A stretch of DNA of 56,239 nucleotides from an uncultured Alphaproteobacteria bacterium (GCA_902541435.1 CACBQR010000001.1:1-56239); one strand, 5' to 3'. Positions 19,762 to 30,293 are shown, counted from the first letter of the stretch. Notes: a model not told the origin generated them from the letters alone. Numbers and translations are program-made.

Positions 19762-20880
19762 ATGTTCAAACATTTAGCTTCAAATCCAGATAATTCAAAT
19801 GGAAGATTATATAATGAGCCAGATGAAGATTTGAGAAATCCATTTGAAAGAGATAGAGCTAGAGTTATTCATTCTAATTCATTTAGAAAATTAAAACACA
19901 AAACCCAAGTTTTTATTGAAAGTGAGAGTGATTATTTTAGGACTAGACTTACTCATTCTTTGGAAGTTGCCCAAATATCAAGATCAATTTGTAGATTACT
20001 TGAATTAGATGAAGATCTAGGTGAAACAGTTGCTCTCGCACATGATTTAGGCCATCCTCCTTTTGGTCATATTGGTGAAGATGAACTTGATAATTCAATG
20101 AAAAAGTTTGGGGGTTTTAATCATAATGATCAAACCTTGAGAGTTTTAACATTTATAGAAAAAAGACACCCTGATTTTGATGGATTAAATCTGACATGGG
20201 AGAGCTTAGAGGGAATAATAAAACATAATGGAATTTTGAGTGATCATTTACCTTATCACTTAGATAATTATTCAAAATTACACAATCTAAATCTAACTGA
20301 TCAACCTTATTTAGAATCACAGATAGCAAGTATATCTGATGATATTGCTTATAATAATCATGATGTAGAAGATGCTATTAGAGCAAACTTAATATCATTA
20401 GATGATATTGCAGAGTTAAGTTTTTTTGAAAAAATTATAATTAATTTAAAGGATCACTACAAAGATATTCCAAATAAACTTCTCGTGTACCAAGTTTTAA
20501 GAAACTCCATATCTAATATGATAAATGATATATATGAAACTACAAAAAAAAATTTAATTGAAAATAATATCAATTCTATTGATGATATACGTAAAAAAAA
20601 TAATTTCGTTGTTTCATTTTCAAATGAAATGAAGAAAAATTGTGAAATAATTAAAAAATTCTTATTTGATAAAGTTTATAATCACAGTCATTTATCAGAT
20701 AAAAGACAGTATTCAAAAAAGGTTATATCTACTTTGTTTACTTATTTCGTAAAAAATAATAATAAACTACCAGTAGATTGGAGAAATCAAAATATTCAAA
20801 TTGAAAGATTAATTTGTGATTATATTTCGGGAATGACGGATAGATTTGCTCTTAATTTATATAAGGAGATTAGTGAATAA
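19762..20880 (+). CDS. dgt: dGTP triphosphohydrolase-like HD-domain protein
   Basis: 372 aa. RTRLTHSLEVAQISR and HDLGHPPFGH HD-domain motifs. Confidence 0.85.
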   Translation: MFKHLASNPDNSNGRLYNEPDEDLRNPFERDRARVIHSNSFRKLKHKTQVFIESESDYFRTRLTHSLEVAQISRSICRLLELDEDLGETVALAHDLGHPPFGHIGEDELDNSMKKFGGFNHNDQTLRVLTFIEKRHPDFDGLNLTWESLEGIIKHNGILSDHLPYHLDNYSKLHNLNLTDQPYLESQIASISDDIAYNNHDVEDAIRANLISLDDIAELSFFEKIIINLKDHYKDIPNKLLVYQVLRNSISNMINDIYETTKKNLIENNINSIDDIRKKNNFVVSFSNEMKKNCEIIKKFLFDKVYNHSHLSDKRQYSKKVISTLFTYFVKNNNKLPVDWRNQNIQIERLICDYISGMTDRFALNLYKEISE

Positions 20881-22603
20881 TTTTATAAAAGACCTTTCAG
20901 ATTTTTTATTTGATTTTACAGATTTTTTAGAGAGTAATAAATTTATATCCCCAATCAATAAAAAGCAGATAAGCATCGATTACTCTTCAAATAATAAACA
21001 AGGTGATTTAGCGACGAACTTTTATTTAATAGTTAAAAGAAAAATTATTAGTGAAAATTTTAATATTGAAAAAGAACTAAATGATAGAATTAAATCAATA
21101 GGATTTATCGATCATTTTGTGGTTTCAAAAAATGGTTTTATAAATTTTTTTCTAAAAGATGAATTTGTATTAAGAAGTTTAAAAGAAATTTATAGTAAAA
21201 ATTTTTTAAATTATCTTAATTATGGTGCAGATAGAAAAATAAATGTCGAATTTGTTTCAGCTAATCCAACTGGACCATTGCATATAGCTCATATAAGAGG
21301 TGCTGTATTTGGAGATGTATTAAGCTCTCTTTATACTAAAACAGGTTTTGATGTTACTAGAGAGTATTACGTTAATGATGCAGGTTCTCAAATTGATAAA
21401 TTATCAAACTCTCTTTTGAAACGATATTTACAATTATTTGATAAAAAAATTGAGTTAGAAGAAGATGAGTATCCTGGTGAATACTTAATAGATATTGCCA
21501 AAAAAATTAAAAATGAAGATGGTGATAAGTGGTTAAATTTTCAGCAAGAAGAAACTATTCAATATTTTAAAAATTTTGCATTAAAAAATATACTTTTAAG
21601 CATAAAATCAGATTTAGAATTGATAAATATAAGATTTGATAAATTTACTCATGAAACTGAAATAGAAAAAAGTAAAATTATTGATGAACTTTTTTCAATC
21701 TTAGATAAAAAAAAATTACTATATCAAGGTATTTTAGAAAAGCCAAAAGGCGATGATTCTGATTGGGAGCCAAGAGAGCAGCTATTATTTAGATCTTCTA
21801 AATTATTAGACAATGAAGATCGAGCATTAAAAAAATCAAATGGTGAATGGACATATTTTGCTAATGACGCAGCATATCATTTAGATAAATCTAAAAGAAA
21901 TTTTGATAGATTAGTAAATATTTGGGGGTCTGATCATATTGGCTATATTCCAAGAATGAATTCGTTAATTAAAGCTATAAAAGATGATGAAACTTATTTA
22001 AACATTTTAACTTGTCAGATTGTAAGTTTAATTCAAAATAAACAAAAGATTAAAATGTCAAAAAGATCTGGTAATTTTGTGACATTAGCTAATGTTCATT
22101 CTAGAGTTGGAAAAGATCCTATAAGGTACTACATGATTTCTACTAAAAATGAGACAGCAATTGATTTTGATTTAGATGCTGTAGTTGAAAAAAATAAAGA
22201 TAATAAAGTTTTTTATTGTCAATACGCACACGCTAGAGCTTCCTCAGTAATTAATAAAGCTAACGAATTAGGTATAAAAATTAAAAATGATTATAATTTT
22301 TCTGCAATACAAAATCTATCTGATGAGGAGGTAAAATTAATCAAAAAATTAATTTGTTATCCTTATTTGTTGTATCAAGCATCATATTATAATGAACCAC
22401 ATAGACTAATCAATTACCTAGAAGAAATATCCTCTGATTTCCATTCAATTTGGAATAAAGGTAAAGATAATGAATCACTTCGCTTTATAGATAAAAAAAA
22501 TGCAGAAAAGACAATTTCAAAAATATTTTGGTTGGAGTCATTTAGAGTTGTTTTAAAAGATATATTTTCAATTGTTGATATAAGTGCACCTGAAACAATG
22601 TAA
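20873..22603 (+). CDS. argS: Arginyl-tRNA synthetase
   Basis: ANPTGPLHIAHIRG (HIGH) motif and a class I ArgRS layout. I moved the start to GTG 20873, which lies 4 nt after an AAGGAG Shine-Dalgarno (20863-20868). The track start at 20846 adds a 9-residue extension inside dgt. Confidence 0.85.
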   Translation: MNNFIKDLSDFLFDFTDFLESNKFISPINKKQISIDYSSNNKQGDLATNFYLIVKRKIISENFNIEKELNDRIKSIGFIDHFVVSKNGFINFFLKDEFVLRSLKEIYSKNFLNYLNYGADRKINVEFVSANPTGPLHIAHIRGAVFGDVLSSLYTKTGFDVTREYYVNDAGSQIDKLSNSLLKRYLQLFDKKIELEEDEYPGEYLIDIAKKIKNEDGDKWLNFQQEETIQYFKNFALKNILLSIKSDLELINIRFDKFTHETEIEKSKIIDELFSILDKKKLLYQGILEKPKGDDSDWEPREQLLFRSSKLLDNEDRALKKSNGEWTYFANDAAYHLDKSKRNFDRLVNIWGSDHIGYIPRMNSLIKAIKDDETYLNILTCQIVSLIQNKQKIKMSKRSGNFVTLANVHSRVGKDPIRYYMISTKNETAIDFDLDAVVEKNKDNKVFYCQYAHARASSVINKANELGIKIKNDYNFSAIQNLSDEEVKLIKKLICYPYLLYQASYYNEPHRLINYLEEISSDFHSIWNKGKDNESLRFIDKKNAEKTISKIFWLESFRVVLKDIFSIVDISAPETM

Positions 22604-23115
22604 TGATTAAAAGAATTATTTTTAAAAGAAAAAATAATTACATTTTAAAATATTCTTTATTATTATTGCTATTTATTATTATTCTTTATCTGATCTCATT
22701 TTATTATTTTAGTAATAGGGAGTATTTTGTCATTCCTAAATTTACTGATAAATATTTTGTTATTCCTAATAATAAAGAAGGTGAGGTTATTGATTATTTA
22801 GACAAGAAAAGTCTAAATAAAATAGATAATGAAATTCAAGATTTTGATTTTAAAAATATAGACGAACTTGATTTTACAATTCAATTATATAGTAATGATA
22901 ATTTTGAAAATATAAATAAATATTTGAACAATTTATTAGAAAATAAAAAAGAAATTATAGATCATGAAGATATTTTTGTTTTTTATAAAAAAACTGAAAT
23001 AGGTACTCAATATTTTATTACCTATAAAAATTACATTTCTAAAAATAATGCTTCTAAAGTTTGTGATTTACTAACTATAGTTAAAAGTTGCATAATACTT
23101 AATTTACAAAATTAA
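22603..23115 (+). CDS. SPOR-domain-like membrane-anchored protein
   Basis: 170 aa. N-terminal TM helix and a C-terminal ~70-aa segment (FTIQLYSNDNFENINKYL...YFITYKNYISKNNASKVCDLL) with a SPOR-like pattern. The position after argS is typical of Alphaproteobacteria. Confidence 0.5.
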   Translation: MIKRIIFKRKNNYILKYSLLLLLFIIILYLISFYYFSNREYFVIPKFTDKYFVIPNNKEGEVIDYLDKKSLNKIDNEIQDFDFKNIDELDFTIQLYSNDNFENINKYLNNLLENKKEIIDHEDIFVFYKKTEIGTQYFITYKNYISKNNASKVCDLLTIVKSCIILNLQN

Positions 23116-23154
23116 TAATATTGAGAGAATCTCAATAATTTTATATAAAAAGTT

Positions 23155-23922
23155 GTGTTAAATGTTCCAGATACAGAAATAAAAGAAGGTCAATTTAACC
23201 TATTATTAGACAATTTTGAGGGTCCTATAGACCTTTTGTTGGTTTTGGCTAGGTCACAGAAGGTTGATTTATCTGATATATCTATATCAGAATTAGCTGA
23301 TCAATATATTAATTTTATTAATCAGTATAGAAATATTCATATTGAAATAGCAGCTGATTATTTAGTGATGGCAGCATGGCTAACGTATTTGAAATCAAGA
23401 TTACTATTGCCAAAAGAAGAAAAAACAGATGAATATACAGCCGATGAGTTAGAAGAGGCTTTAAAATATCAATTACAGAGACTAGAGGCTTTTCAAAATA
23501 TTTCTAAAATCATATATTCAAGACCTCTTGTTAATAGAGATGTATTTTATGGTGGGTCATCTGAAGGTCTCAAAGTTAAATATAATATAAATTATACTTC
23601 TAATTTATATGACTTACTAAAATCATATAGTCAAATACTTAAATCGAATGAACAGGTAAAACAATTAACTATTGAGTATTCAGAACTTTATTCAGTTGAT
23701 CAAGCAGTTAAAAGATTAAAAGGTATTTTTGGAAATATTACAGAATGGACTAATTTTTTAAATGTAATTCCAAATTTAATTCAAGCTAATAAAACAATTA
23801 ATAAATCAATTATCTCATCTAATTTTGTTGCTTCCTTAGAATTATCAAAAAATGGATTTATTGATTTAAAACAAGATGCAAGTTTTGGTAATATTTATAT
23901 AAAATTTAATCAAAATGGATAA
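23155..23922 (+). CDS. scpA: Segregation and condensation protein A (kleisin)
   Basis: 255 aa. FEGPIDLLLVLARSQKVDLSDISISELADQY motif. GTG start, with no in-frame ATG available upstream of the conserved N-terminus. Confidence 0.85.
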   Translation: MLNVPDTEIKEGQFNLLLDNFEGPIDLLLVLARSQKVDLSDISISELADQYINFINQYRNIHIEIAADYLVMAAWLTYLKSRLLLPKEEKTDEYTADELEEALKYQLQRLEAFQNISKIIYSRPLVNRDVFYGGSSEGLKVKYNINYTSNLYDLLKSYSQILKSNEQVKQLTIEYSELYSVDQAVKRLKGIFGNITEWTNFLNVIPNLIQANKTINKSIISSNFVASLELSKNGFIDLKQDASFGNIYIKFNQNG

Positions 23923-24550
23923 TAAAGACATTAAAATTTTAGAAGCAATATTATTTGCATCAGGAGAGCCACTTGATGAAAATGATTTAAAAGAAAAAAT
24001 TAAAGAAAAAAATAATATAAGTAAGCTACTACAAGAAATTAAAGATTTTTATAAAAATAGAGGTATTAATTTAATCAAAACTGGCAACAAATGGTCTTTT
24101 AGAACTGCTGAAGATCTAAGTGATGAATTAACTATTTTTAAAACACAGAAAAGAAAATTATCAAGAGCTGCACTAGAAACATTATCTATAATTGCTTACC
24201 AACAACCAATAACAAGATCAGAAATTGAAAATATTAGAGGTGTTCAAATGGGTAGAGGTTCTTTAGATCATTTGATGGAAATAGGATGGATACGCCCAAC
24301 AGGTAGGAAAAGTATACCTGGTAAACCTACTTTATGGTCTACCACAGATTTGTTTGTTGAACATTTTGGATTAAATAGTTTATCTGATTTGCCTAATAAA
24401 GAGGAGCTAAAGGCAAGTGGTTTTCTAGATAAACGTGCTGCGATTGCAACTATAAGTGATCTTGCTAAAAATGATGAAAATTTACAAAGTAGTGATAATT
24501 TAGAACAGGATGATGAAAATAATATTGATGATTTTATTCAAAATACTTAG
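23915..24550 (+). CDS. scpB: Segregation and condensation protein B
   Basis: 211 aa. LEAILFASGEPL and LETLSIIAYQQPITRSEIENIRGV winged-helix motifs. 8-nt overlap with scpA. Confidence 0.85.
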   Translation: MDNKDIKILEAILFASGEPLDENDLKEKIKEKNNISKLLQEIKDFYKNRGINLIKTGNKWSFRTAEDLSDELTIFKTQKRKLSRAALETLSIIAYQQPITRSEIENIRGVQMGRGSLDHLMEIGWIRPTGRKSIPGKPTLWSTTDLFVEHFGLNSLSDLPNKEELKASGFLDKRAAIATISDLAKNDENLQSSDNLEQDDENNIDDFIQNT

Positions 24551-24600
24551 TTAACTTATTACTTCTTGTTTTTTTCCTATAGTTTCCGTATAAGCCTTTT

Positions 24601-24786
24601 ATGACACCTAGTATTTGGCAATTATTAATAGTACTCGTTATTGTTCTGCTTCTTTTCGGTAGAGGTAAAATACCTCAACTTATGGGTGATATGGCAAAAG
24701 GTATCAAATCATTCAAGAGAGGAATGTCTGACGAAGAAAAAAAAGAAGATAAAAATTTAGAGAATAAAAACGACGAAGAAAAGTAA
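24601..24786 (+). CDS. tatA: Twin-arginine translocase subunit TatA
   Basis: 61 aa. A TM helix followed by FG..K.P amphipathic helix ([24 protein letters not shown]). Confidence 0.85.
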   Translation: MTPSIWQLLIVLVIVLLLFGRGKIPQLMGDMAKGIKSFKRGMSDEEKKEDKNLENKNDEEK

Positions 24787-24791
24787 ATATA

Positions 24792-25106
24792 ATGTTTACT
24801 TTTGGTTGGAGTGAAATTTTCTTAATTGGGATAATAGTTGTTGTTGTTATTGGCCCAAAAGATCTTCCAAAATTCATTAAACAAGTTGGATCTTTTACAA
24901 AATATATTAAAAAAATGTCTTCTGAATTTAAGTCATCTATAAATGAAATTGCTGAAGAGGAAGAAATTAAAGAATTAGCTAAATCTGTTAAAGAAGTAAA
25001 AAAAATAAAAGACGGCATTAATATCAAAAAAAATTTCGAAAATGAGATTAAAGAGGTTCAAGAAACAGTAAAAATGACCGAGAATGAATTTTCAAAAAAA
25101 AATTAA
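24792..25106 (+). CDS. tatB: Twin-arginine translocase subunit TatB
   Basis: 104 aa. MFTFGWSEIFLIGIIVVVVIGPKDLPKF motif. Lies between tatA and tatC. Confidence 0.8.
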   Translation: MFTFGWSEIFLIGIIVVVVIGPKDLPKFIKQVGSFTKYIKKMSSEFKSSINEIAEEEEIKELAKSVKEVKKIKDGINIKKNFENEIKEVQETVKMTENEFSKKN

Positions 25107-25121
25107 TTTTTTACTTTTGTA

Positions 25122-25877
25122 ATGGCTGAAGAAAAATTTGAAGAAATGTCTCTAATAGGGCATCTAACTGAGTTACGAAAAAGACTACTATGGAGTTTTT
25201 TATATATTTTATTAATCTTCATTGTTTGTTTTTACTTTGCAGATGAATTATTTGCCTTTTTAGCTAGTCCTCTTGTAGATCTATTTGATAAAGATAAAGG
25301 CCAAGGTTTTATTTATACAGCTTTACAAGAAGCTTTTTTTACAGAATTAAAAATAGCTTTTTTCTTTGCTTTATTTTTTTCATTCCCATTAATTGCAATA
25401 CAAATATGGAGATTTATTGCACCAGGATTATACAAAAAGGAAAAGAGAGCTTTTTTACCCTATTTAGTTGCGACACCAATATTATTTTTCGCAGGTGGAT
25501 CAATGGTTTATTATATTATTGCGCCATTGGCATGGTCTTTTTTTCTATCCTATCAAAACCTTGGTCCTAGTGGAGTTCCTATTCGATTAGAAGCTAAAAT
25601 GGGAGAATATTTATCCCTCATGATGCGATTTATTTTTGCTTTTGGTTTAGCATTTCAGCTTCCTGTTGTTTTATCTTTAATGGCAAGAGTAGGGATGGTT
25701 ACTTATGAATCACTTAAAAAATTTAGAAAATATGCAATTGTGTTAGCATTTTTATCGGCTGCATTCTTAACTCCACCTGATCCATTTAGTCAAATAAGTT
25801 TAGCTCTGCCAATTATATTTTTATACGAAGTTTCAATTTATATTGCAAAACTAATACAAAAAAATAAAGATAAGTAA
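25122..25877 (+). CDS. tatC: Twin-arginine translocase subunit TatC
   Basis: 251 aa, six TM segments. HLTELRKRL and TPPDPFSQ motifs. Confidence 0.9.
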   Translation: MAEEKFEEMSLIGHLTELRKRLLWSFLYILLIFIVCFYFADELFAFLASPLVDLFDKDKGQGFIYTALQEAFFTELKIAFFFALFFSFPLIAIQIWRFIAPGLYKKEKRAFLPYLVATPILFFAGGSMVYYIIAPLAWSFFLSYQNLGPSGVPIRLEAKMGEYLSLMMRFIFAFGLAFQLPVVLSLMARVGMVTYESLKKFRKYAIVLAFLSAAFLTPPDPFSQISLALPIIFLYEVSIYIAKLIQKNKDK

Positions 25878-27139
25878 TGCATAATATTAATTTTATCAGA
25901 GAAAATCCAACAGAGTTTGATAATTATATGAAACAAAGAGGTGAGCATCCAATATCAAATAAAATATTAGAACTAGATAAAGTTAAAAGAGAAACTCAGA
26001 CTGTTCTTCAGAACCTTTTAGCAGAAAGAAACTCTATTTCTAAAAATATTGGTAAACTTAAAAGTGAAAACAAAGATGCTGCATCAGAAATGAGTAAAGT
26101 TGATGAAATTAAAAATAAAATTAATAATTTAAAGGAACTTGAGACTATTAAAGACGAGGAGCTAAAAACTATTCTCTCTAGACTTCCAAATATAGCTGAT
26201 AAGACTGTACCTTTAGGAAGTAATGAAGAAGATAATACAAAGTATAGAGAATGGGGTGAAAAACCAGGATTTGAATTTAAGCCTAAAACACATTTTGAAT
26301 TAGGGGAAGATTTAGGTTTAATGAATTTTGAAACTGCATCTAAATTATCCGGGTCTAGATTTGTTTTATTAAAAAATCAACTTTCTAAGTTGGAAAGAGC
26401 AATAGCAAATTTTATGTTAGATAAGCATACGAATGAAAATGGTTATATTGAATATAATTTACCTTTTTTGGTTAAAAATTCTGCTCTTTTTGGAACAGGG
26501 CAATTACCTAAATTTGGTGAAGATTTATTTACTGCTGGGGAAGATCATTGGTTAATACCAACTGCTGAAGTTCCTTTAACAAACATGGTTAGAGAGGAAA
26601 TACTTAACCAAAATCAATTACCCATGAGAGTAACTTCTTATACCCCTTGTTTTAGATCAGAGGCTGGTGCTGCTGGTAAAGATACTCGTGGTATGTTAAG
26701 ACAGCATCAATTTACTAAAGTTGAATTAGTTTCAATAGTAGAGCCGCAGCATTCACAAGATGAATTAGAAAGAATGCTTGAATGTGCTGAGAGTATTCTT
26801 AAAGATTTAAATATTCATTATAGGATTATGACTTTATGTACTGGTGATATGGGCTTTTCAGCATCAAAAACATACGATATTGAAGTGTGGCTTCCAGGTG
26901 AAAATACTTATAGAGAAATTTCAAGCTGTTCGAATTGCAATGATTTTCAAGCTAGAAGAATGAATACAAGATATAAATTAGAAAATAAAAATATTTTTGT
27001 TCATACACTTAATGGATCCGGGTTAGCAGTAGGAAGAACATTAATTGCTATTCTTGAAAATTATCAAATGAAAGATGGAAATATTAAGATTCCAGAAGTT
27101 TTAAAAAAATATTTCAATAATTCTGATACTCTTATCTAG
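25877..27139 (+). CDS. serS: Seryl-tRNA synthetase
   Basis: 420 aa. N-terminal coiled-coil arm and class II motifs (FRSEAGAAGKDTRGMLRQHQF, GSGLAVGRTLIAILEN). Confidence 0.95.
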   Translation: MHNINFIRENPTEFDNYMKQRGEHPISNKILELDKVKRETQTVLQNLLAERNSISKNIGKLKSENKDAASEMSKVDEIKNKINNLKELETIKDEELKTILSRLPNIADKTVPLGSNEEDNTKYREWGEKPGFEFKPKTHFELGEDLGLMNFETASKLSGSRFVLLKNQLSKLERAIANFMLDKHTNENGYIEYNLPFLVKNSALFGTGQLPKFGEDLFTAGEDHWLIPTAEVPLTNMVREEILNQNQLPMRVTSYTPCFRSEAGAAGKDTRGMLRQHQFTKVELVSIVEPQHSQDELERMLECAESILKDLNIHYRIMTLCTGDMGFSASKTYDIEVWLPGENTYREISSCSNCNDFQARRMNTRYKLENKNIFVHTLNGSGLAVGRTLIAILENYQMKDGNIKIPEVLKKYFNNSDTLI

Positions 27140-27765
27140 TGCTCGATGTAAGAAAAATAAGATTGATACTCGAGTTACGAGAGTCAGGTATTAGTAATGC
27201 TAAAGTTCTCTCTGCAATAGAAAAAATTCCAAGAGAAAAGTTTATTAGTGAAACTTATAGAAATCAAGCTTATGAAAATATAGCTTTACCAATTGAAAAT
27301 AATCAAACAATTAGTCAGCCCTACGTTGTAGCAAGGATGACTGAATTACTTGATGTTAAAAGTAATCACAAGGTATTAGAAATAGGTACTGGTAGCGGAT
27401 ATCAGTGCGCAGTATTATCAATTATGGCAAGGCGTGTATACACGATTGAAAGAATTAAAAATTTACATGAAGGTTCTAATAATATTTTTGAGAAATTAAA
27501 ATTAACTAATATTGTTTCAAAATACGATGATGGTAATAATGGTTGGATTGAACAAATACCTTTTGATAGAATAATATTTACAGCAGCATCAAAAAAAATA
27601 AATAATGAAATTTTTTCTCATATTGGAAATAAAGGAATTATTGTTTGTCCTATTGTTAAAAATAACAAGCAAATACTTGTCAAATATATAAAACAAAATA
27701 ATAAAATTATTTCTGAAGAATTTGATGATGTTTTATTTGTTCCAAATCTTCAAGGCGTAGTATAA
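27139..27765 (+). CDS. pcm: Protein-L-isoaspartate O-methyltransferase
   Basis: 208 aa. QTISQPYVVARM and VLEIGTGSGYQCAVLS motifs. GTG start overlaps the serS stop by 1 nt. Confidence 0.85.
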   Translation: MLDVRKIRLILELRESGISNAKVLSAIEKIPREKFISETYRNQAYENIALPIENNQTISQPYVVARMTELLDVKSNHKVLEIGTGSGYQCAVLSIMARRVYTIERIKNLHEGSNNIFEKLKLTNIVSKYDDGNNGWIEQIPFDRIIFTAASKKINNEIFSHIGNKGIIVCPIVKNNKQILVKYIKQNNKIISEEFDDVLFVPNLQGVV

Positions 27766-29123
27766 CTACTTTGAATATTTCGAATTTTATTTGAAGAATA
27801 AAAATAATATAGGATACCAATTATCCAATGAACAAGAGTTAACCCAATAAACATATAGATATAGTTTTCTTCTATAAAGTTATTTACAAATAATATTACA
27901 ATTATAGGTACAAATACAAATCTAAGTATTGCCATATACATTACTATTACTGCTTTTTTTAGCCCTTGGAATGAAGCATTAGAAATAAAGAAGAATGGAA
28001 AAGCTGGAAAACCAAGTGCATATATTTTAAGGTATATTGATCCATAGTAAATTACTTCTTTATCATCAGTAAATAATCTCATTGAATCTTCTGCAGTTAT
28101 AAATAAAATTAAACCTGCTATAGTTAATATTATTACTCCGGTAATCATGGCTTTATTGTAAGTTTCTAAAATTCTTTCATAGTTTTTAGCGCCAAAATTT
28201 TGACCCACAATTGCGGTTACTGCTGTACTTAACCCTAACAAGGGTAAGAAAAGTAGTTGTTCATATCTTCCAGCTGAAGAAAAACCAGCAATTGCATCAT
28301 TACCAAAACGACTTACAAAAAATAATAATATATATGATCCAAGAGCAATCATCATCAATCCTAATGCAGCTGGAATAGCTTGAAATGAAATTTCCTTAAT
28401 TAAGCTTAATTTAGGAATTAAATAATTATTTTTAAAGTTTTCAAAAATCTCTGTTCTATAAATTTTATATAATAAATATAACAGACCAATTATTTGAGAC
28501 AGTATGGTAGCTATTGCTATTCCAGTTATACCCATAGGCACAAATAATTCAAAATTAATTATTTTTCCTGTAATTAATATTGGATTTAAAATTATATTAA
28601 GAAAAAAACTAAAAATTAATACATTTCTATAACTTTTAGTATCTCCTTGAGCTGATAAACAAGAATTACATACCATGAGTAAAAGAATTATTACCGATCC
28701 TAAATAAATTACGTTCATATACAATGATGAAAGTTTAAGGGTTTTTGGATCATCATTTATAGATTCTAAAATTATGTTTCCAAAATAAAGTCCAAAAATA
28801 GTTATACCTAAGCCTACTAAAATTGTTACAACAAAAGATTGTGAAAATGCATGACTTGCTTTTTTAATATTTTTTTCTCCTAAAGAATTAGCAACATTAC
28901 TTGTTGTAGCTATGCTCAGTCCTATTCCAAGTGCAATAATTATAAAATATACAGGAAATGTTTGACCAATAGCTGCTAAAGCTGTTTCAGAAATCATTCT
29001 ACCTGCAAAAATAGTATCAACTAAAGAATAGAGATTATTAAATATAGTTCCAATTGAGGCTGGCAAAGCAATCTTTATAAATAACTTATATATATCCTCA
29101 TCAAGTAAATTAATTTTTTTCAT
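27750..29123 (-). CDS. MATE-family efflux transporter
   Basis: 457 aa, 12 predicted TM segments. N-terminal pattern (LFIKIALPASIGTIFNNLYSLVDTIFAG) typical of the MATE/NorM family. Confidence 0.8.
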   Translation of the reverse strand: MKKINLLDEDIYKLFIKIALPASIGTIFNNLYSLVDTIFAGRMISETALAAIGQTFPVYFIIIALGIGLSIATTSNVANSLGEKNIKKASHAFSQSFVVTILVGLGITIFGLYFGNIILESINDDPKTLKLSSLYMNVIYLGSVIILLLMVCNSCLSAQGDTKSYRNVLIFSFFLNIILNPILITGKIINFELFVPMGITGIAIATILSQIIGLLYLLYKIYRTEIFENFKNNYLIPKLSLIKEISFQAIPAALGLMMIALGSYILLFFVSRFGNDAIAGFSSAGRYEQLLFLPLLGLSTAVTAIVGQNFGAKNYERILETYNKAMITGVIILTIAGLILFITAEDSMRLFTDDKEVIYYGSIYLKIYALGFPAFPFFFISNASFQGLKKAVIVMYMAILRFVFVPIIVILFVNNFIEENYIYMFIGLTLVHWIIGILYYFYSSNKIRNIQSSYTTP

Positions 29124-29125
29124 AT

Positions 29126-29956
29126 TTATAAATATCTTAATTTAAACCTAGTACTATTTTCTTCTTGTTTTAAAATATCTTGAATTTCGTGTATTACCTC
29201 TTTGAGGTTTTTCATTATAGATCTATTTGAGAAATTTATTAATAATAAGCCACTTCCTTGCATTCCAACATTATCTCCATATTTCATAATAGGAACTTCA
29301 ACATTGATAATATTACTTATACCTTTTTTTCTAATATTCTGAATAAAGGAGTCATTTTCCAAAATATTCACAACTGGATACCATATTATTATTTTGGAAT
29401 TTGAAAATAAATTATCAATATTATTTAGTATTTCCTCTACTTTTTCAAAATCATCCTTTATTTCATATGATGGATCTATAAATACAAAATAATTCTTCTC
29501 TTTATTAACTTTATTAAAAATAAAGTTAAATCCATCAGCGTTTAAAATTTTAGCATTGGTATATTTGTTTAAGTTTTTTTTTAATAATTCATATTCATTA
29601 TTGTGTAGTTCACAAAAAAATAATTTATCTTTTTCATTAGCTATGGATGAAATAAATATAGGTGATCCAGGGTAAAAATTATTTTTTCCAGTAATTTTAG
29701 AAATAGTTGAAAGATAGTTTCTAATTAAAATATTATTACCTTTGTAATTTTGTATCTTTTTAATTCCTTCTTTATACTCTTTATTTTTATCCATATACTT
29801 TGATATATATTTATAAATTCCATTACCAGAATGAGTATCAACATAACTTATTGAATTATTTACTTTTTTTTCAAGATTATATAAGTAAAGCATTATAATA
29901 TGTTTCATAACATCCGCATGATTTCCAGCATGATATCCGTGTTTATAGCTAAGCAT
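29126..29956 (-). CDS. rlmJ: 23S rRNA (adenine2030-N6)-methyltransferase RlmJ
   Basis: 276 aa. N-terminal MLSYKHGYHAGNHADVMKH and internal IDPSYE motifs are characteristic of RlmJ (DUF519). Confidence 0.8.
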   Translation of the reverse strand: MLSYKHGYHAGNHADVMKHIIMLYLYNLEKKVNNSISYVDTHSGNGIYKYISKYMDKNKEYKEGIKKIQNYKGNNILIRNYLSTISKITGKNNFYPGSPIFISSIANEKDKLFFCELHNNEYELLKKNLNKYTNAKILNADGFNFIFNKVNKEKNYFVFIDPSYEIKDDFEKVEEILNNIDNLFSNSKIIIWYPVVNILENDSFIQNIRKKGISNIINVEVPIMKYGDNVGMQGSGLLLINFSNRSIMKNLKEVIHEIQDILKQEENSTRFKLRYL

Positions 29957-30082
29957 ATAAATAAAAAAAATTCTTGAAATTAATTTCTTATTAGTTATTT
30001 AATGTATTTAATTAATCAATATACAATATTTATATAAGTTAAATAAATTTAATCCCCCAATAATTAATAAGGAGAATACAAT

Positions 30083-30286
30083 ATGCCTAGTGGTAAAATT
30101 AAATGGTTCAATCCGACCAAAGGTTATGGATTTATAGAAAATGATGATGGAGGAAAAGATGTTTTTCTTCATGTTTCAGCTTTAGAAGCTGCTGGTATTG
30201 ATACTTTAGAAGAAGGTATGCCAGTTGAATTTGAAATCGGTGAAAACCGTGGAAAAGAAAACGCTATTAATATTAAGAAAAAATAA
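30083..30286 (+). CDS. cspA: Cold-shock protein (CspA family)
   Basis: 67 aa. RNP1/RNP2 motifs KGYGFI and VFLHVS. AAGGAGAA Shine-Dalgarno 5-6 nt upstream. Confidence 0.95.
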   Translation: MPSGKIKWFNPTKGYGFIENDDGGKDVFLHVSALEAAGIDTLEEGMPVEFEIGENRGKENAINIKKK

Positions 30287-30293
30287 TATTTAA

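Noticed and set aside
20846-20872. ATG at 20846 as the argS start (track annotation)
   Set aside because: It adds nine residues (MLLIYIRRL) translated from inside dgt. The GTG at 20873 has a near-perfect AAGGAG at proper spacing.
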